32,000 nt of DNA from Candidatus Saccharimonadota bacterium (GTDB taxonomy: Bacteria > Patescibacteriota > Gracilibacteria > BD1-5 > UBA2023). Under the pieces are notes generated by a model. The model was given only the letters and a program-made list of their open reading frames with translations, did not search any database and was not told where the DNA came from. The stretch is taken from the NCBI GenBank assembly GCA_042852035.1, contig BAAFHK010000003.1, forward strand, positions 60,001-92,000. The letters are read 5' to 3'. Positions 28,371-32,000 of this stretch are shown here, piece after piece. The first letter of the stretch is position 1. Each line of letters begins with the position of its first letter. Both the position numbers and the translations under genes were made by a program.

Positions 28371-28650
28371 GAGGGGGATGGATCACATCCCCCAAATGGT
28401 TCCTGGAAACACGCCAGGTCAGTAGGAGCGACTGAATCTTGGCAGGGAAGCCTGCCTGAGAAGCTGGAGCTGCAGAAGCACCTGTTGTTGCTGTTGACGC
28501 TGTTGGCGTTGTGTGGTACGCCTTTTTTTCTTTCGGGAAGGATTTCCCCGCTTTACAAGACCACCCATGGATGTCTCCAATTGTCCAAAGCCTCCCGCCG
28601 CACGCCCGTGCGAACAGTCAAGGTCAGAGGATTGCATGATGTTAGCCCTA
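28371..28650. ncRNA. unclassified GC-rich, hairpin-dense element (candidate structured ncRNA); strand unresolved
   Basis: Hand counts give 35/60 G+C for 28371-28430 and for 28551-28610, against 12/60 for the flank at 28671-28730. Five hairpins are visible. (1) gggggat/atccccc, 28373-28393. (2) cctgg/ccagg, 28402-28418. (3) ggcagg-gaag-cctgcc, 28441-28456. (4) ggcgt/acgcc, 28505-28522, followed by T7 at 28523-29. (5) cgcac-gccc-gtgcg, 28599-28612. A UGUUG-rich run covers 28483-28516. No convincing protein reading exists. Confidence 0.45.
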
Positions 28651-28727
28651 TATGAATATTTGTCAATAAAAATACTTGATTCTTAATATTTAATTCTAAA
28701 TTCTCATTTTTTCCATATAATCCATCT

Positions 28728-29351
28728 ATGCCTCATATTCAAGAAATTGATTGGTCCAAACATACCAATATTGCATTAGATGTCGATGAGACTCTCGCAA
28801 CCACACTCATGCCTGGACTTGAGGATTTTCATAAGATGGGAAAAATGTTAGCATTTCAAGATATCTCTCAGATAACTGAATTTAACTGGCAGGAACTTGA
28901 TGGATGTGACATTACCGAAGAAGAATTTCTCACTTACTGGAGAATGCATAATCTCAAATGAATTCTCCCTGTTGAAGATAGCATAGATGGAATCTTTAAA
29001 CTTTCCGAAAAAGGAAAACTTCTCCACGTTATTACCGCTCGAAATGAAAGTGATCATGGAACAGATACGCATGAATGGCTTGGGACATACTTTCCAGAAA
29101 TACACCCAACTCATATCCATTTTGTAAATCATATCTCGAAAAATAGCCTCCCAAAATCGGGACTCTGCAAAAGTTACAATATTAGTCTCCTTATTGATGA
29201 TGGACTCCACAATGCTCTTGATGTTGCAACAAAATGAATATCATGTATCCTTATCAATAAGCCTTGGAATCAAAAAAGTTTTGATCCTCACCTCCCAATC
29301 TACCGAGTAAATAGTTGGAAAGAAATTATACAAAGCCTAAATAGAAAATAA
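28728..29351 (+). CDS. HAD-superfamily 5'(3')-deoxyribonucleotidase-like phosphatase (207 aa)
   Basis: ORF 28728-28961 extends across TGA codons to TAA at 29349-29351. HAD motif I is ALDVDETLA, and a later block is LLIDDGLHNA. A perfect TATAAT at 28716-28721 ends 6 nt before the ATG. Confidence 0.65.
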
Positions 29352-30424
29352 TGCTCTCTCAAAGCACCAAAACCGTTTGAAAAAAACAAAAAATCCTTGT
29401 CGGACTCTCTTGATGAGTCGATTCTGCAGTTTCTGCTTATCTCCTAAAAAAAGAAGGGTATGATGTTGCTTGTGGTTTTATGATTAACTATCTCGATGAA
29501 GAAAACCCTTCTCTTTGCCCCACACTTATCGATCTTGAAGAAGCAAAGAAAGTTGCAGAATATCTTGAGCTTCCACTCTATACTTTCGATTACCGAGAGG
29601 AATATGAAAAGAGGATCGTAGATTACATTTACCAAGAATATAGCGCTGGAAGAACGCCAAATCCTGATGTATTTTGTAATAATCTGGTCAAGTTTGATCT
29701 TTTTCTCGAAGAAGCAACTTCCCTTTGATATGACATGATTGCTACCGGTCATTATGCTCGAATTATGGATAAAAAACTCCATAAATGAGTTGACCCTACA
29801 AAAGACCAGTCCTATTTTCTTTCAAGACTAAGTGAAGAGCAAATTTCCAAAGCCCTCTTTCCTATATGAAATCTTCTTAAATCTGAAGTTCGATTGATTG
29901 CAAAAGAAGCCTGACTTCCAAATGCTGAAAGAAAAGACAGTCAATGACTCTGCTTTATAGGAAAGGTAAGCATGAAGGATTTTCTTGAGAAACGAATACC
30001 AAAAAAACCAGGAAAAATTCTTGATACCCATGGAAAAATAATCGGAGAACATGAAGGCGCTTTTTCATATACGATTTGACAAAGAAAAGGAATCAAAGTA
30101 TGAGGATGACCTGCACTTTTTGTTGTTGGAAAAAATATAAATGAGAATACTATTACCGTAGGAACTGAGGGTGATCTGAATCTCTACTCGAAAAATTGTA
30201 TTTTGAGTGGGTGGGTGTGAACAAATATCACAAGTGATAGAATCTGTTCCGCAAAGATACGATATCGCCAAGAAGATCAAGCTTGTACAATACAAAATAC
30301 TTGATCCTCTTGAGACTATAAGGAACTTCATTTTAACTCTCCGCAAAGAGCTATAACCCCCGGTCAAATTGCGGTTCTATATGATGATAGCTTAGTGATC
30401 GGAAGTGGAATTATTATCGGGTAA
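29351..30424 (+). CDS. mnmA: tRNA-specific 2-thiouridylase (357 aa)
   Basis: The PP-loop reads ILVGLSGGVDSAV with the Gly-Gly encoded by TGATGA. Other blocks are GRTPNPDVFCN, KDQSYFL, DSQGLCFIG and YTIGQRKG. The ATG overlaps the upstream stop (TAATG). The stop is TAA at 30422-30424. Confidence 0.92.
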
Positions 30425-30461
30425 CTTGCAGATTTTTTTCTTCCAAAATACAATTTACTCT

Positions 30462-31247
30462 ATGTTTGGTCTACTTATTTCCATCATCACGTTTTATCAA
30501 GGAATCTCACCAAAAATTGAAATAATCCGTGCTCCAAAAGCCCCCATAAATGGAGTATCAATTACATTCGATGATGGGCCACACCCCACCAATACTGATG
30601 AAATTCTCGATATACTCAAAGAAAAAAAAGTACATGCAACCTTTTTTCTTATTGGACTTCATATTCGGCGGGATGAGAAAGCAATACTTAGAGAAGTACG
30701 AGAATGACATACTATTTGAGGACATAGTTTCTCTCACCAAAACTTCTCAAAATTAAATTTGCCCCAAATGGCAAAAGAAGTATTACTTACCCATATCAAA
30801 ATTGCCTCTCTTACAGGAAAAATTCCACAGTATTTTCGTTTTCCTTATGGGGTAGATGATGTACGTATACGGTATTTTTATAGTGGTAAAATAATTGGTT
30901 GGAATGTGGATGCTTACGATTGGAAGGCAAAAAACCCAAAGCTTCTTGCCGAAAAAATAATCGCACAAACACGTACGGGGAGCATTATACTTCTTCATGA
31001 TATTAAGCCTGATACAGTGAAAGCACTTCCTTATATTATTGATGGAATTCGGGCAAAGCACCTAGAGTTCACCCCTCTTCCATCGTTAATAGCATCCATA
31101 GATGAATCAGATAAGAAGGCTATAATTTACTACTCAAAATATAAAACCTGATCCCTTCATGATCATAAAAAATCAAGAAAAAATGAAGCTCCTTCAACAG
31201 AACAATTATTAAGCCCTCTTATAATCACAGAACTACAAAGTTGGTAA
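30462..31247 (+). CDS. polysaccharide deacetylase (NodB homology domain) with an N-terminal TM anchor (261 aa)
   Basis: Track ORFs 30405-30707 and 30759-31151 share a frame. The NodB motifs are ITFDDGP, REGHTIGGHSFSH (two TGA at Gly positions), FRFPYG and ILLHD. ATG 30462 is preferred because mnmA ends at 30424. The stop is TAA at 31245-31247. Confidence 0.85.
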
Positions 31248-31248
31248 A

Positions 31249-32000
31249 TTATCTATTTCCATATTGGGAAGGCACTACTTTTTGTTTCGATTTTGATTCG
31301 AGATACCTCGAAAGCCTTCCTCACCATCAATAGTGCCAATATTCACCCATAAGGGGCTGGAACCCAGCTCATGTCATTACATGATAGAGCAACCTTCTTC
31401 ACTCGATTGATTGTAGATCTGTGGGGGATAGATACTTTCAAGAAGATAGGATTTCTTCACCATAGAGTAAAGACTTTGTTTTAGGAGAATTATCGCCAAG
31501 CGCAAGGTTTATTTTCTTTCCATCGAATCAGAGAAGGATAACATCTATAGCTCCTCATGTATGGTGATCACTCTTTCATTCGTCTGCATAAAGCCTGTTC
31601 GCATCAGTCCGTCAAAAGGTTCTTGCATGATTTTCTTTAATAACCCTCTGCTCAGCCATAGATCGATGCCCTGTCTCTACACCAATTGCATAACCAAGGG
31701 GTCTTAGTTTAGAATTTATCTCCTGAAGGGCTCAAGCAATTGATTCACGAACTCGAATATCCCCATTTTTCTCAAACACACTCCCAAGCGCTTGATTTCC
31801 AACATAAAGAGATAATGCTCGACGTACTCATTCTAAAGAATGAAAGTCCAATTCTTTTTGCATGGAATATCCAAGTTTTCACAACTCCTCTGAAATAACC
31901 TCCTTCTGCCTCGCTGGGGAAAGCAACTGAAAAACATCTTTTAATAAATTAAACGTATCAGGCTGGAAAGTATTGATTCCGGTTCATACTCTCAAAATGA
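31249..32000 (-). CDS. M15-family (VanY / D-Ala-D-Ala carboxypeptidase-like) peptidase, C-terminal part; the 5' end lies beyond the window
   Basis: The minus frame is open under code 25 from the window edge to TAA at 31251-31249. The zinc-ligand pattern is GHRSMAEQ, then DHHTGGAIDV (HxxGxAxD), then GEYWHYG (ExxH). Confidence 0.7.

Noticed and set aside
28371-28650. Assigning the GC-rich element to tmRNA, RNase P RNA, SRP RNA, 5S rRNA, a tRNA, a T-box or a TPP riboswitch.
   Set aside because: None of these families fits.
- tmRNA: there is no tRNA-like 3' end (no GGUUCGA T-loop or CCA context), and no tag frame ends in UAA or UAG.
- RNase P: there is no GAGGAAAGUCC P4 motif.
- SRP: CCAGGUCAG and AAGCACCUG resemble helix-8 strands, but about 65 nt lie between them instead of a GNAR tetraloop.
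- T-box and TPP: GUGGUACGCC and CUGAGA resemble fragments of these motifs but sit in the wrong positions.
The element is left unclassified.
28332-28655. The 107-aa plus-strand ORF and the 72-aa minus-strand ORF (28419-28637) as real proteins. Also the code-25 read-through from 28332 into the HAD gene, which lies in the same frame.
   Set aside because: The translations are low-complexity and unlike any domain. GC composition and dense hairpins point to RNA structure. Promoter-like elements (TTGTCA-N18-TAATAT at 28660-28689 and TATAAT at 28716-28721) separate the region from the ATG at 28728. The shared frame is a 1-in-3 coincidence in a stretch that happens to lack TAA and TAG.
30143-30151. 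Isolated AATGAGAAT / ATTCTCATT half-sites as additional operators, for example at 30143 within mnmA, near 1079 within the membrane gene, and near 9288.
   Set aside because: Single 9-mers of this AT-rich composition are expected by chance. Only the two full 19-bp palindromes at promoters are treated as candidate sites.
1-32000. Interpreting the many TGA-interrupted genes (pyrG, infB, rarA, ALDH, ThDP enzyme, mnmA and others) as pseudogenes or a decaying genome.
   Set aside because: The fragments always stay in frame. The TGA codons fall on conserved Gly positions, and TAA or TAG close every gene at the expected length. This is recoding, not decay.
1-32000. Genetic code 4 (UGA=Trp, Mycoplasma type).
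   Set aside because: The aligned motif positions are Gly (GHVDHGKT...GEAGGITQ, SGGVDS, GPNGAGKT, LEFLGD, GGYTRI), not Trp. Ordinary TGG Trp codons are also present.
1-32000. A search for CRISPR arrays, tRNA or rRNA genes, transposases or integrases, toxin-antitoxin pairs and known defence-system genes.
   Set aside because: By eye I found no direct-repeat/spacer arrays, no tRNA cloverleaf signatures (GTTCGAATC-type T-arms) and no recombinase- or nuclease-like ORFs under code 25. The window is dominated by housekeeping genes.

Overview
This is an AT-rich bacterial chromosomal segment that is only coherent if UGA is read as glycine (genetic code 25, known from Gracilibacteria/BD1-5 and Absconditabacteria/SR1 of the CPR). 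Most fragments in the standard-code ORF track join into full-length genes across in-frame TGA codons, and those codons fall on invariant Gly positions in conserved motifs. Re-annotated by hand under code 25, the window holds about 38 tightly packed genes. From left to right they are: a membrane protein; pyrG; a small orphan; fusA, which sits alone; a GT2 glycosyltransferase; rarA, carrying a 135-nt in-frame palindromic insertion; a membrane protein with three DUF3592-like repeats; a FemAB/GNAT-like gene; rnc; and an S1 protease. Next comes a roughly 9-kb single-strand translation super-cluster: infB | infA-rpmJ-rpsM-rpsK-rpsD-rpoA-rplQ-rplM-rpsI-rpsL-rpsG-rpmA-rpmF-nusB. After it lies an oxidative-stress island made of ahpC, dps co-linear with a ThDP enzyme and an aldehyde dehydrogenase, an orphan ABC ATPase and a short Fur-family regulator. 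Two near-identical 19-bp palindromes sit at the same offset from the ahpC and dps promoters. A 280-nt GC-rich structured intergenic element follows, then a HAD nucleotidase, mnmA, a polysaccharide deacetylase and an M15 peptidase. I found no rRNA, tRNA, CRISPR array, transposase or recognisable defence system. The most unusual items are the unclassified GC-rich RNA-like element beside fur, the RPE-like in-frame insertion in rarA, and the candidate PerR-like regulon that includes a 2-oxoacid decarboxylase/aldehyde dehydrogenase pair. All coordinates and translations were worked out by hand. Start codons are less certain than stops and frames.
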